A DNA stretch of 64,000 nt from Guillardia theta CCMP2712 (taxonomy: Eukaryota; Protista; Cryptophyta): positions 186,001 through 250,000 of the forward strand of contig NW_005434648.1 of assembly GCF_000315625.1 (NCBI RefSeq). The letters are read 5' to 3'. The notes beneath the pieces were generated by a model. It did not search any database. It was not told the origin of the DNA and worked only from the letters and a program-made list of their open reading frames with translations. Below, one piece after another: positions 28,153 through 41,577 of this stretch. How positions within the stretch are numbered: position 1 is the stretch's first letter; every line of letters starts with the position of its first letter. The translations under genes were made by a program, and so were the position numbers.

Positions 28153-28479
28153 GATCCTCAAAGTTCAGATCCTCTTGTCGATCGGACTACACTCATCGTC
28201 TTCCCCAGATCACTCAGTGCTGTCATGGGAAGCACGTGTGTTCCATGCTGTCGCTCCCAGCCGGGCAGGCATGGCGGGAATCCTTGTGTGTTGCCTCATT
28301 TGCAAGAACGTGGAGCAGCAGCGAGGTTAGCTCTTATCGAAACTTCGATGCATTGCAGAAGCTCTGCTCTCCTGCCATCGCCGACCTCGCAGGCCGCCCA
28401 TCCCTCGCCTTTATCGCCATTCCACATGCCACTCGCACTACAGTCGCTAGGGAGGAAAAAGAATTGTAAATCCTAAAAC

Positions 28480-29290
28480 AAGATATTATAAAAAGCAAAC
28501 ATAACTTTTAATTCACTCTTATTTGTACTCAATTGGCAATCGATCATCGTATTACTACCAAGATGTCAGATAAAATGATATTTTGGTACTGATTTGTTGT
28601 ACTCAACCAATCCCTTGTACTGCAATTCAAACCTGATCTCGTACTGTATTTATTAACATTTTAGTCTATGATCTCAATAAGGGGTCGTAAGCTGTGCTAC
28701 CAAGAGAAGCTCTTTAAAATGATTGTTTTAGCTATGTTGAGTGATTCTTGTCCCAGTGCCGCACGCAGGGCCCGCCGACTCCGAACTCCGACGGCCCCGA
28801 CGGCCCGGGTACTCCCAGGAACGGTTACGCTAGATATAGATGTAACGGAAATCTCGCAGAAGGGCCAGAAGGGAAGCTTGAAAGAGGGGGTAGGGGTGAA
28901 GGTGTTGCTCTCCAACTCCCAAGGGGGTGGTTCACTCAGTTAGACTTTAGGGGTAGTTCCCGGTACCATCCTAGGTAGACATCGGGGTATATTTTATCGA
29001 GGGGTGGGGTGAGTGAATCTGATTTTTCAGATTGCAGGGGGGTGGTGACAGTGATCCATTGAGGGGTAGTAAGAGACTCTCTTTGCAAGAATGGTGGTAG
29101 GGGTACATGCTTTCAGATTCCTGGTCAAAGGGTACCGTGTAAAGACCCCTCAGAGGGTCACTTATCTTGGGATCTAGGGAGGTAGGGTCACTGATTGAGT
29201 TCAATAGAATAGGTAGGGGTATACTGAAGAGGGGTTCATTGATTCATGGTAGGGTGTCATTGTAGGGGAGGAGGTTGGGAGGTGTCTCAC
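28480..29290. promoter_or_regulatory. Bidirectional promoter region (RCC1-PX-TBC / A20-AN1): GTAC-rich AT tract, small GC island, GGGTA-rich flank
   Basis: Between divergent starts; five GTACT in 28520-28650, GC island 28755-28830, many GGGTA to 29280. Confidence 0.55.
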
Positions 29291-29631
29291 GCAATAATGC
29301 GCGCTTCTCGTGCGAAGAGTTAAGCCATGTCGAGAAGAAGAGAGCGTCGGGCAGATGTATGAGGCTGGAAACATGATAGGATAGCCAATGAGAAGTCACC
29401 AAGAGTGAATGCTTGTACACACTGACAACTTGTCGACTAGTTGATGTGGTTTGCTCATTGATGCTTTAGATAGTCACACAGCTGATCTTGTTGCGACTTG
29501 ACTTTCACTGGTCGCTCACAATACTTTCTCCGCAGATTCGTTGCCCCCGAGTCTGTGCTCGCGCCCATCCCAGCACTTGAACTGCAGTTGGTCTGTTTTT
29601 CAAACAGCGCTTGTTACCTGACTCATCAAGA

Positions 29632-30280
29632 ATGGAAAGCGGTACTGCCAGCGCCAACTCGGAGGCCCCAACTCTGTGTGCCGGAGGATGTGGCTTTTTT
29701 GGATCACCACAGTTGAATTCATACTGCTCAGTGTGCTTCAAGAAGACGCATGGTGAGGAAGAATTCAAGAGGAGGACAGGAAAGGCTACCGATTCTGCAT
29801 CGAAAGAAACCATTTCCTACGGCGAGGGTAACAGCAAGGGTGAGCAAATAGTTGCACGATCAGAAGCTTGCAATCAAGCTCCTGAGGTTAAGCAGGACGA
29901 TGGAAAGGATTTGGAATGTAACTCAATCAAAGATGACTTGAAGGAGGAGGAGGATGCCAAGATAGAATCTGAAACTGCTGAGTGTGCAACAACAGCCGAA
30001 ACTGCAGATGACGAGCCCAAAACAAAGAAGATGGCTACCATTCGATGCGAGACGTGCAAGAAAAAAGTTGGGCTGACGGGATTTCATTGTCGATGTGGAG
30101 GAACTTACTGCGGGACACACCGATACTCGGACAAGCATGATTGCACTTTCGACTACAAGTCTCTCGGTCGTGAGCAGGTGATTCGTTGATTCTTTGAGTT
30201 GAAATGTTGCCATGACGATGGTCTCTCAGCTGGCCAAAGCCAATCCAACAATCTGTCCAGAGAAGTTAGACAAGATTTGA
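29632..30280 (+). CDS. A20/AN1 zinc finger stress-associated protein (ZFAND5/6, SAP-like)
   Basis: A20: [23 protein letters not shown]; AN1: [39 protein letters not shown]; intron 30178-30229 then [16 protein letters not shown]. Confidence 0.96.
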
Positions 30281-30481
30281 GCGTTTGTGACAAATTTTTC
30301 AGCACCCACGGCGTCATACTGGCGCCTTCAGGAAGTTAGTGTGAATATTCTCTTGTTCTTTAGTTCTCTGATCCCGGATAGAATGTGTTCTGTGCCAGTG
30401 TGTTTACTAATATCTCAACTTGGTTTCGTATAAATCAAATATGAACTCTCAACAAAGAAAAACTGCCTCGCTACAGACTTT

Positions 30482-31702
30482 CATTCAAGGCTTCGCAAGA
30501 TGTCAATGGTGGGTCGGACTTGGGAGTGAGTTGGGCAGGAGGATTTCGGATCAGAATGGCTAAAATCTCCGCGCTGACCTCGAACAGCAGACCAATAAAT
30601 CCCACAACGGCAAGAGGTGTAGCAATGTCGGACAGAAAATTGTAGATACATGAAACCCCAGACGTGCACTGAACCTGAGGAAAACGCTGTCAACAAACTG
30701 CAAGAACAACAACGAAGATAGCCTTAGTGCTGTCACACTTCAAAAGAGCAGTACAACAGCTCAACTCTTCGTGGCTTCGTTGGAATTCACAATCTCCGTA
30801 AAATCTACACAGCGGATGGTAATAACTGACAACCGATCTCAGTCAGAGAAGAAATGTCCCAAGGAATTCTCACGTGTCTGTCGTTGAATCGTTGTACGAT
30901 GATCCTTGTGACAGGACAACAGTAGTTTTTCCTATACAGTGATTCAAGACACGTCATGGAAACTGAACCCCAACTGCAGACCTGCATAACATTTTGCTGG
31001 GAAGATCGTAGAGAATTGACTCCAGTCGAACATCCTGAGAACAGTCGTCAGCCCAGATGTGCAAGACACAGCGAAGCCAGCAGGACCTCCCTGCAGTGCT
31101 GTCTAGCACGTCATACAATCCTCCTGCAACTGACGCGCTGCTTCCTGCGGATCGAATCAGCCCCACTTGAGCAACGGAGCTCGGGCAACCTGTCGCTACA
31201 GCAATAGCTGCGCACCCGAAGCAGAATTGCAACAAGATGACGAGCGGCATGGCAACAGCATAGCATGCTAGCTGTTTCCTGCTGATCCATATGGAGCCTG
31301 CACGGCCAGCAGTCAGCACGTCACTGAGAGTACCGCGAGGGAGACACCTGAGTACCCCAGGATCGCACACAGAAACAGCAGGACACCTATCACGATCACC
31401 CCTATCGACGGAGCTAAGAAGAAGTTCATGGGGATCGTTGACTTTGAGCTGCTTTCGCAGTTGCAGCCCACAACTTGTTCCGACGACTGCGCACATTCGT
31501 TGGAACAATATTGCTCCACCTTGGACGCGAACGCCTTGCCTGCATCGGGAGAATTTCATTCAGCCCAGCTAATTCAAATTTAAGCAGCAGCATTACCATA
31601 TTGAAGAGTAGCAGACCCCACACCCATGAAGATGACCGAGAAGATGACGATAAACCCGTTCGAGATCCAAAAGAGCTTCCTATTCGTTCTGAAGCTAGCC
31701 AT
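30482..31702 (-). CDS. Tetraspanin-like four-TM protein (3' end approximate)
   Basis: TM1 LFWISNGFIVIFSVIFMGVG; TM2 GVIVIGVLLFLCAILGYSG; TM3 LACYAVAMPLVILLQFCFG; large loop with LSCCT..C; TM4 CIYNFLSDIATPLAVVGFIGLLFE. Confidence 0.72.
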
Positions 31703-32194
31703 AGCTACAGAACGGCTTCAATTCCACTGAATCATCCCATGAGTAGCTTGATTTGTCTTCTGGTCCGTGGAGACCTTTGATCTATCATCTGTTTAAACAA
31801 TCCATCTTAGTATCAGAAAGAAAGAAACATCTCAACTGGGGACATCTTTTCTGCACCTAGGAGATTTTTATCGATCACTTCAAATCAATCGCGTCTTATT
31901 TTTCAATAGGATGCGAAAGCATACCAAAAGTTGTGTATCTTTTTCAATGCCTTCATCTTCCTTCTTCACTGCCTTCAATACTCCTTTCCTCTCCTCCCCA
32001 TTCTCCTCTCCACCCCATTCCCTTCCACTCAGAACAATCTTGTCGTGCTTTCCGCCATGTTTCAACGGTAAGTCCGCGAATGATGGGAGACCGTGCCGGC
32101 GCCGGGAAATTTTACGGCAGGCCGAGGGCTATCAAAAGATTTCCGTTATATTTCCCTCTCGTTTTGTAACGGAAGGATCGCTGCTCCGGGGGCC

Positions 32195-34265
32195 ATGCAG
32201 GCAGCGCCGACAGTGATGGCGGCGATGCTGGTGCAAGTGGCAGGGGCGACGGCAACATGGCGAGCTCATCCCTTCTCTCCTCACTCAGTGTACATGAAAG
32301 ACCCTTCTCTGCTCCCTCTCCCTACCTCCTCTCCGTTCCACTCGTTGTCTTGGCGCTCGTCGGACCTGCGGCTCAGGGGTGGCGGGGTGCCGAGCTTATC
32401 CTCGCAAGCCTCACGATTCGCAAAGTTCTACAGTGAAGACGGTCTGACTGATCTGCCGATGAATGCTTCCTTTGCCATGGGCTCCGGGAGCGGCGACGAA
32501 TACCAGGAGCAGGACTCTGCTTGTGAGGGAGAGCTGAACGCGTGGGAAGTTGGAAAGCTGCAACTGGAAGCATGCCAGGACATCATGGATGACTGTTACG
32601 ACCGGTGGATAAGACCATGTGTAGAAGAACTCGAGAACAGAATCTTTGAAGGAGAGGAGGAGGCAGCGCGGAAGGGAGAGTTCCGCCCCTACAACTTCTT
32701 TGCCAAGGAAGCCACCTCGATCATTCAGAAGTGCAAGATCGTGATAGACAAGGCGGTGAAGGACCTGCAGACGCGGCTCGAGGTCATTCAGTTCAGTGCG
32801 GTGAGGGGAGGGCAACCAGTCAGCAGCATCGAGTTTGAAGACTTCAACGTGGACCTCAAGCACGTCCGCCACCTGACCGTCGAGTCCCATCGGTACCCTG
32901 AGCCTCTCGCTTCCCTTGGAGGACGAGATGCTAACCTTGCGATCCAGAGAGCTGCATGCCACCACCGACAGGAACATGGACAGGCTGTGGCAGCAGGTGA
33001 GATGAGCTCTCGCTGCTCACAGCCCACCTGGCGCTGACGGCTGGTTGGGCAGCAAAAGGCAGTGATCAAGGACTACTACGTGGAGATGTTTGAGCGAGGG
33101 ATCGAGTGAGAGCAGATCGGATTCTCAGGGATGGGAGGACTGAGACTCTTTGCCAGGAATCTCATCGCTGGTTCACGGCAGTTCAACAAGACCTCGTCCA
33201 AGCTGGCGAAGAAGGTAAGGATGGGAGGAGCCTGTGGGGTGTGACCGGTTTCCGTCGCAGATCTACAAGCAGTGCGAGCACGAGCTGAAGTTGTCTGTGC
33301 CCAAGAACGGGAAACCGAGTTTCTGGAACTACACGCAGGACCTTGACGACATGAAAGAAGTGAGGCATTGCGACTCCTGCGCCTCTCCTGCCCCGCGGCC
33401 TTCGACTGACCTGCCACAGGCGATGATGGCGTTGATTCAAGCCAGACGGCGAGAAGCAGGACTGGACGATCTTGTTAGCTACTTCAGTGAGCTGGTAGAG
33501 CTGGTGAGAAGGATGGGGTTGGGAAAGTGACTCGCGGCAGGACGATGGTCAGCGAATGTTCTCAAGAAAATGGTGGAAGAATCTATTGATCCGAGGAGTG
33601 ATCACCTATTTCCAGATGTAAGACACGTTCTCCTTCTCCCTCTCTCCTCCTCCTTCTATCAATCCAGTTGTCTCTTGCCTCTCTCCATCCCCTCGGCTGA
33701 TGGCCTCCGCGTGCTATAGCTGTCAGTCGGCCTGGGCGTACAGGAAGGCGAGGAGGATCATGCTCCCGCCGAGGTTCTCCAAGGTGACAAGACAGAGAGG
33801 AGGGAGAAGAGATGGAGGGAATGGTCTCATGGTTGCTGCAGGCATGGATGGCTGCCGTGTTCCTGCCTTGGACCTTCTCGCCCGTCACCCTGGGAGACGT
33901 TCGGCCTCTCGTCCCAGAAGTTGTGGAGACAGCAGCAGCGGAGAGGAGGGAGAACACAGGAGGTGATGGGGAAGGACAGGACGAGACCCACGAAGCTGCA
34001 GCGCAAGCACAGCATGAGAAGCCAGAGGATGGAAAGGAACGAGCGACTGAGGTCAGGGAGAAGGAGAAGCAGGTGGAGGAGAAGGCGGCGGCTGGTGAGG
34101 GCAAGGAGCACAAGGATGCGGATCATGGAGGCTCGACGGAGCAAGAAATCGAGTGAGACGACTGTGGCAAGTTGGGTGTACGAGCTGACCGTGTGCTGGC
34201 GCAGGCAAGAATTCAAGGATGGGCTGTCGAGTCAGAGTAAGCTTGAGGAAATCTTCAAAGAATAA
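32195..34265 (+). CDS. Uncharacterised helical protein with N-terminal signal-like leader ending in LRLRGG
   Basis: Long first exon plus several short GT-AG introns (ELHATTDRNMDRLWQQ, QKAVIKDYYVEMF, FWNYTQDLDDMKE, AWMAAVFLPWTF); no family recognised. Confidence 0.65.
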
Positions 34266-34322
34266 ACATAGAAGGGAGGAGGAGAGGAAGAGAGGACGAG
34301 GCTCGCGAGCTGCCGAGCTGAA

Positions 34323-37300
34323 TTATCCCTGCGCCTGCTGCTGGTCCTTGTTTCTTAGCGCCACCAGGCTCTGCAGCTGCAAGGCAGGATGTCAATACGT
34401 GGAGCAGGAGATGGTCATGGCAGCACTTCGCCCCTCACCTGCTTGACAGTATCCACGTACAGTGACTCGAGCTCATGGGAATTTTCTTTCCCCCGTGGTC
34501 TTTCTGACTGCATCCGCTCCTCCGTGGCAGCTTCTGGCCTGATCCAAGCTGCCATGGCAGGAGGAGGGGAGGGAGGAGGGAAGGAGGGATGAGCACGAAG
34601 GGGATGAGGGGGAACTGGAGGATAGACAGTATGGGGAGCGGGAGCGGGAGCAGTAGCTCCGAAGGCAGGAGCAGGAGCAGGAGCCCGCGTGTAAGGAGCA
34701 CGGGGACGTTGGTTGAGGTCCAGCCAGGAGGAGCTGGGAATCGACGGAGGATGCTCGAGCTGGACTCGTTCTCTTCTCTCTACTGGCAGTTGAGCCCCCC
34801 GGGCATGAGGAGCATTGTGCTGCCATGGCTCGAAGGTCTCCCGCAGCGTGCTCGGGCCCTGCTTGTCCCTTGCAGCCTTGCCCTTTCTGTCCAGCAGCTC
34901 GCGGAGGCGGACGTAAACACCAGCTCTCTGTCGAGCCTCTGCCAGGGAGCTGAGAGCCTCGGGAGGTGGGAAGAGGACCGAAAGAAGCTCGGAGGTGAGA
35001 ATGTAGCCAATGCACTTGGGGTCGAAGGCCAGAATAATCTGTTGGGGAGGTCACACAGGAGTTGGGGGGAGCGGAGGGAGAAGGGGAGGACTGGCGGAGC
35101 ACTCGAGGATGGGAGGCGGTGAGGGAGCGAAGCTTCTGGGTTAACGGGGGAGAGGGAGAGGGAGAGGGAGCAAGGAGTTCTTTCACCTCTTTCACTTTCC
35201 CTTCGCCGCACCCGAGACTCTCGAGCTTCTCCTTCAACTGCAGCAGCAGCAGCACAAGTTCACTCAGCTCCCTGAGATTCACAACTACCGCATCCTCCTA
35301 CCTGGTCGTGCTGGATCGATCCATGCCCGCTGGGGTCAAGAAACTCGCAGGCTCTCTCGCTCGAGTCAAACTTTGCCGTCACCAGCTGCGTCAGCTCTTT
35401 AACTGCCCCCGAGGGAGCTTCCCTGCTAGCGTCTGCCTGCGGGACCTGAACCTTCTGCCGTCTTGATCTCGGAGCACTTGGAACGACTTGCTTGGAGGGA
35501 GTGAAATCGACACGAGAGGTCTCCCTTCTCCTCCAGAAATCTCTCCAGGGCTCGGTTCCATACACCTTCTCTGTCCGATAGCTGTGGATCCTCTGCAGCT
35601 CTTCCGAGGGCCTCATGGAGGGCAGAAGCGCCTCGTCCCCCCGGCTGAAGACCTGCTGCAGGTGAGTCCTCTTGAGAGGCTCTGCGCCGACATGCCGGAG
35701 GGCATCGGAGGAGTGGAAGGCAACTCCCTTGATCGCTCCGATCTCAAGGCGAGGAACCAGATGGTCAGTCCAGGTCTCAAAGATCATGTGCTTGGACACA
35801 GCGTAGATGTCGGAGAAGGAGCTGCGGAAGTGCTCCACCTCCTTCACGTCCAGGTAATCCCCGACTAGCTCTCGGATGACATTCGCGATGGATCGCTCCT
35901 GGAGCTGGTGGTCGCTCGAGACCTTCTCTGCTCTCGTCAAGAGGACTTTGATATGGACGTCTTTGATAGACTCGCTCTCGAGCGTCTTCTTGAGGAGCTT
36001 CTCAGCCTCCTTGCGCGGCAGAGACCCTTGAAAGGTAGTGTACTGCTTGATGATCTCGTTGCGGAAGGAAGAGAGGACCTCCATGCCTCGCTCGAGCAAG
36101 ACTTGTCTCAGAGTACTCTTCGCCATCTCCCAGGAGAACCCTTCGTAGTCGATCGCGTCGGTTCCTTCCGGATCGAGCACGTCGAAGATGGCGTTGATCA
36201 CTTCGACGTCGGTAAGTTGCTCCTTCTTGAGATGGAAGATCGCACTCACAAACTCGTTGCGCGAGACTGTTCCATCGGCGTTCACATCGAACTTCCAGAA
36301 ATGCTCTGCCAGCTGCTCCCACTCTGACTCCATCGTCCGCCATCCAACGTACTCCTTTGCAGGGAACTTCAAGCAGTTCAGCTCTCCTCGGAGCAGGCGG
36401 TCGTAGTCGTACTTCCCATCTGCTTGCATGTCCATCTTCTTCCACTGTTTCATGAAGGTGGTGACCTGAAGCTTTGTCAACCCCAAGTCTGCCCTCCCGA
36501 GAATGGTCTCCATTGCCGCAGCCTCCAGCCGCAGGGAGTTCGATGGATCGCACTTCCTGCACGCCAACATAATCGCCGACCACTTCTTCTGCATGATCTC
36601 GGCTATGGTTGACTGGCCGCATCGCCAACTGAGGGCATCCACGTCTGAGATCTCATCCTTCACATCTTGCAACAAGTAGTCGATCATAAATTCTGAGATC
36701 CCCAGCTCGGGCCTGCGCAGCGCCATTTCCAGCGCCGACCTGGGCAGCTGCAAGACATCGAATCAGCTTCACGTGTGCACAGAACGAGCTCAGACAGGAA
36801 GGGAGATAGCCGAAGAGGATGAAACAAAATCAAGAGCGTTGGAGTGTGGAAGTGGAGGAGAGGTAGGACAAGATCCGCGGCTCACCGGCTCCTCCGACTG
36901 AGCGGCTGCTGAGTTTAGGATCTCCACGATGGTCTCCCACTTGTTTCTGCACATTTTCTCTGCCTCGAAGGATTCGCCAGCAATGTACTTGCACAGCCCG
37001 AGGTAGTTGATAGAAATTCTCTTCGTCCCCCCTGCAGGCGCATCCTCCTGCTTTCCGAACGCGCTCTCATAGGACGAGACGATCATACCCGCAAGGGTGG
37101 ACAGGTCGAAAGAGGGCTGGCTGTTTCTCGGAGGCGAGATCGATTGCAGGATTGAGAGCAAGTCTGCCTTGGGGATGAAGCCTGTCGGGGAACTCCTGGG
37201 AAGTTTCAGCTGGACGCTTCTCTGCACCTCGAAGGCCTTGCACTTGGCGAAGATGGACCGCCAGTTTCTTCGGAGGAACTTCAAGATTTCATACTGGTCG

Positions 37301-40300
37301 CCTCCGTTGAGGAAGAAGGGAGGTGACTTTTCAACACCCGTCGGGCCAACCCCGTAGACGAAGGCACCCCAGTTGATCTGCCCGCTGGTTGTTGGATCGA
37401 AATGGTCGATGGCGATTTGGACGTGGCGATCGTCGAGGTCAATTCTGGTCTGCCTCAGACATTTGCGGAACTGCAAAGCAACGTCAGCCAGGGAGGGGGA
37501 CAGCAGGAACAGATGTGAGACGATGATGTGCATCGGGGAAGCGCAGCGATCAACAAGTCACAACATTCACCTGATCCCACGAGATGGTGTTTGACTCAGG
37601 CGCCCGGTTGCTGAAATTCCAGCAGGCATCCACATTCTCAAAGGCGTTGATCACTTTGTCCCACTTAGGGATCTTGCTTTGCGCATCGAAACCTTGGAAG
37701 GCCATATGGATCAAGAAGTACTCGGAGACATAGTTTTTGATCCAATCGTCAATGTTAACGGGGCCAAGAGACTTGTTGACCAACGCAAAGACATCGTCAC
37801 GGCTGAGGGATCCAAGAACCTGATGATCAAACGCTTTGAGAAGACCAGATCGAAATTCCATGGGTGTCAGGACATTTCCAGCTTTCATGGTGTTTCTCTC
37901 TCGCAGGAGATACGATCTGACAGGTTGCCAATGGACAAGGAGCGTCTGTCTGAGCTTTGCATTTTCTCGCGCATACCGCTCAACGAATTCAGACCTTGCT
38001 ATCGTTCCATCTCCATTGCGATCGATCACATCAATCAAGAAATGTATCTGTTCACTCGTCAACTGACTGCCCAGACTTGACACGTTCTCGCAAAGAATTT
38101 CAAACTCTGGATAAGTAAGAAGACTGCCTTGCTTCTCAAACTCTCGATCAAACTTTTCCCATATTGGAAAAATGATTTCATGGGCTCTCAATTCGTCACC
38201 TATGTACTTATCGAGGAAGTTGCGGTGATAATCGATATATCCGATATACTTTGGATGCATTTGAAAACACTTGTCCTCGTCCAATTTCTTAATGATGCTT
38301 TGTCGCTCATTGGCCTTGATTGATCTGTTGTCTACCATGACTTGCAGTGCGGAGCAGAAATCAGCTTTGGAGATGAGTCTTACTTCTCCTTGAAAGTTGT
38401 CTTCGATGACACATGGGTAAGTATTCAACAGCTGTAGTAAGTCTGGCCATCTATTCTGAACAAGGAGCACATCAAAGAGCACTTTTTCTGTGTCGAAGTA
38501 AACGTCTACGAACGATTGAATGAAGCGACGAATGTTGAGCGACAGGATAGTAAACTTTCCGAGGTCGTCCTTGTCAAGGTCACACCACTGCTGCTTCGTG
38601 CCATCTTTCTTCTTCATGAAGATATCGATTTCTTCGTCACTGAGCTCGTCACCCATCTTTAGGCCTTCCTGCAAGGCGATCTTAAAGGTCTTCCTGGTCA
38701 GGGACCCTTTCAAGTTGGTATCAAATTTTCTGAGGGTCACTTCGATGCCTCCACGTCCAAACCATTTGCTGGCTGGAAGCTTTTCACGAAAAAGATTTAC
38801 TGCAAGCTCAACACTGTCGTCCTTTCCTCCAGATTCTTGCAGTTCGTCTGCTGACTTGAATATCCATCGCCCGTCGGTCTTTGAATCAAGACCGAAATGA
38901 ACGATGAAATCATAGTAATCGATGTACATCCCATCTATTGATGCTGATCGCTTGAAAAGGGACTCGATGTCGTCATCGATTTTTTCGTCAACAAAATTAT
39001 CAAAATTGGATGTGAGGGCTTGTTTCAAATCTTCCCTGGACAATCTGTTGTCCCGATCGTGATCGAGTGCTCGGAATGCTTCCGTTATGTTCCGACCAAA
39101 TTTCTTCAACATTGCACTACGAAGTTTCTGATCAAACAAAGGCCTTGGATAAATAGCCTTTGGACGAATTTCGAAGTTGAAGAGAAACTCGTGATAGGCG
39201 ATGAAACCATCTCCGATACTGTCACAGTAATCGAAAATCCGAGAAATTTTCTCATTGTGATCGCTGTCGCCCTCGAAGACTTTCAATCTGACCAGACCCT
39301 TATGAAATTCTTCTTTCGAAAGTCGACCATCTGCGTCTTCGTCCAGAGAATGGAAAGCCTGGATAGCATCATCAAATATTTCTCTCATTTTTTGTTTGAT
39401 CGTTTCCAAATTTTCTGAGATCGAATCCCACTTATCTCTACGCAGATCACGGAGATCAATGGCTGCAAGCCTTTTCAGAAATTCTTGATAGTCAACTTTG
39501 CGATTTTTATCTACATCCAGCCAGGCCAGAAATTGTTCATTTCTGCCCTGGCTGATGTTCAAACCGGCTTTGATCAGTCCCTTGTGAATGTCATCCGAAT
39601 TCAGCACTCCGAGCCCACTTTCATCCATCTCGTCAAAGAGTTGAGCAATATTTCCAAACGAAGAGAGTAGATACTTTGCTATCTCGGTGTCAGAAAAAGT
39701 ATCGTGCTTCCCGTCTTGAACTGAAATCGCGTTGTGTTTGTTGAATGTCTCCAAAAAATGTTCATAATCAATGAATCCAGTTCCTTGTTTGTCCGATCTC
39801 CTGATAATTTCGTCGAGTATTTTCGAAGGAAGCTTGAGCTTAAGCCTGTTTTCAACACCTTTGCGGAATTCCTCTCGAGAGAGCCTGCCGTCATGATCGA
39901 CATCCATTCGCTTGAAAGCTTGTAACAGCGATTTGAAATTCGAGCGCATCGCTTTGTTGATTTTCGCTTCGACTGTCCAAATCTCAGCTTCACTTGCGGC
40001 TCCAGTGCCCGTAGCTTTCTGATTGTTAGCCTGCCCGACCTTCTTGATTTGTGCATACTCGTGATATAGCACGTCTCCAACGTCATTCTTCTGTGCATCT
40101 CGAACATACCATTCAACATCTTCCGCCGACATTCGAGGCTCAGTTCTAATCAGCGCATTCCTAAAGCCTTCCACAGTGACCACTCCTTTGGGAGTGCCCA
40201 TATCCAATGCAGCACATTCTTGGATCAAAACATCCCACTTGCCTTGCATCGATGCGGGCTCATCGTCTAGAGGGGCCCCTAAGAGCCGCATCATATCATC

Positions 40301-41236
40301 GATCCATCTATTTCTTGCGCTGAAGTCCATGGCCACTCGTCTGGATCGAACGGATCCTCGATCCCCAAGGTCCTTTCTTCTTTCAAGAAGAGGAACCCTC
40401 TCACGAGCCCCCTTCACAACCCGATCGGAATTGAAGTCTACGATAAAGGCTTCAAGGTGCACTGAACCCTCCCCGTCCTCGCCATTGTCCCGAAGACTCA
40501 GGTCAAGATAGTCCCAGCACTTGACAAAGTCAGCTTCTGTCTTTACTGTGAACTGGTGACCGTTAGACTCGTACATGAAGGTAACCGGTCGACCGTATTT
40601 AGACTTCAGCGTTTGGAGGAGCTCTGAAAAGGACACTGACGCTTCAATGGCGAAATTCTTCTCCACACCTTTTTCATCTTTGCATTCCAACAACACCTCT
40701 GAGAACGATCTTTTATTCGTTGAGGCCGCCCCCGCCTTGTGCCCGGGTTTCAAATAATTTGCCTTTGCGTCCCCGCCTTTCGGCCCAGATTGCAGACCCT
40801 TTCCTTTCCTTTTATCTACGGTGAATGTCGATAGGAACTCTTCTAAAGTAATGATTCCATCAGCGTTGCTGTCGATGTAGTCAAATAGGTCTTCTAGCAC
40901 GGAATCAGAAATATCTTTGAGACTGGGCTCATTCAAATTCCGAATGGCTTCACAAAACTCGGTTTTATGGAGCTTTCCATCAGAGTTTGAATCAAACACA
41001 ACAAAGGCATCGAAGAGCTCATCGAAGAGACTTTCTATGGCCTTCCTGACTGAAGGTATCACTTCTGATATTGCAAGCCTGGAATTTGCCTTGCCAGCGG
41101 AAGCTGCTGCCTTCTTTTCAATTCCATGCTTTTCAAGGGCATTGAGAAAGTTCTTTCTTCGCTTCACCGCGGCATCCAGCAAGTCGTCGTGATTTGATCC
41201 GACAAACCAGTCCACCCCACTGGTTGTTTGAGACAT
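34323..41236 (-). CDS. Very large (over 2000 aa) multi-EF-hand protein with a PB1-like domain (EFCAB6-like)
   Basis: 1228-aa ORF plus 247- and 497-aa ORFs linked by short introns; loops DSNSDGKLHKTEF, DSNADGIITLEEF, DVDHDGRLSREEF, DEDADGRLSKEEF, DHDRDNRLSREDL, DRNGDGTIARSEF, DVNADGTVSRNEF. Confidence 0.88.
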
Positions 41237-41577
41237 CGCCTAGTCTGACGGATCGAATCTGCCGCAAATGTCTTGCTCCTTGTCAATATAACCTTGTTCC
41301 ACGTCCTCCCCCTCTCTTCCTCGTGCTTGTCACAGGTTTCGCCAGCTCTCACTCAACAACTTCTTCACTGAATTTCTCCCGCCATTTCCCCTCGCTAACC
41401 CATGTCCCCATTCCGCTCCCGCTACCCGCCATTCCGAAGTTGGCGGGCCTGGTCGAAAAACCAATTAGCTCCTTGAATTCAAACCAGTAAAATAGATGAG
41501 CTAATATCTATTACATCTAAAGGCTTTAGCTCCCTTGATTATGAACTGCTGGCCTCCTCGTGCGTCTTTCTACCGCA

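Noticed and set aside
33260-33530. Sey1/RHD3-like helical region in the unknown protein
   Set aside because: Only a weak W.Y..DL..M resemblance and no GTPase motifs; not supportable
35488-36406. Plus-strand ORFs opposite the EF-hand gene, and similar antisense ORFs elsewhere
   Set aside because: Shadow ORFs caused by GC-rich codon bias of the real gene on the other strand
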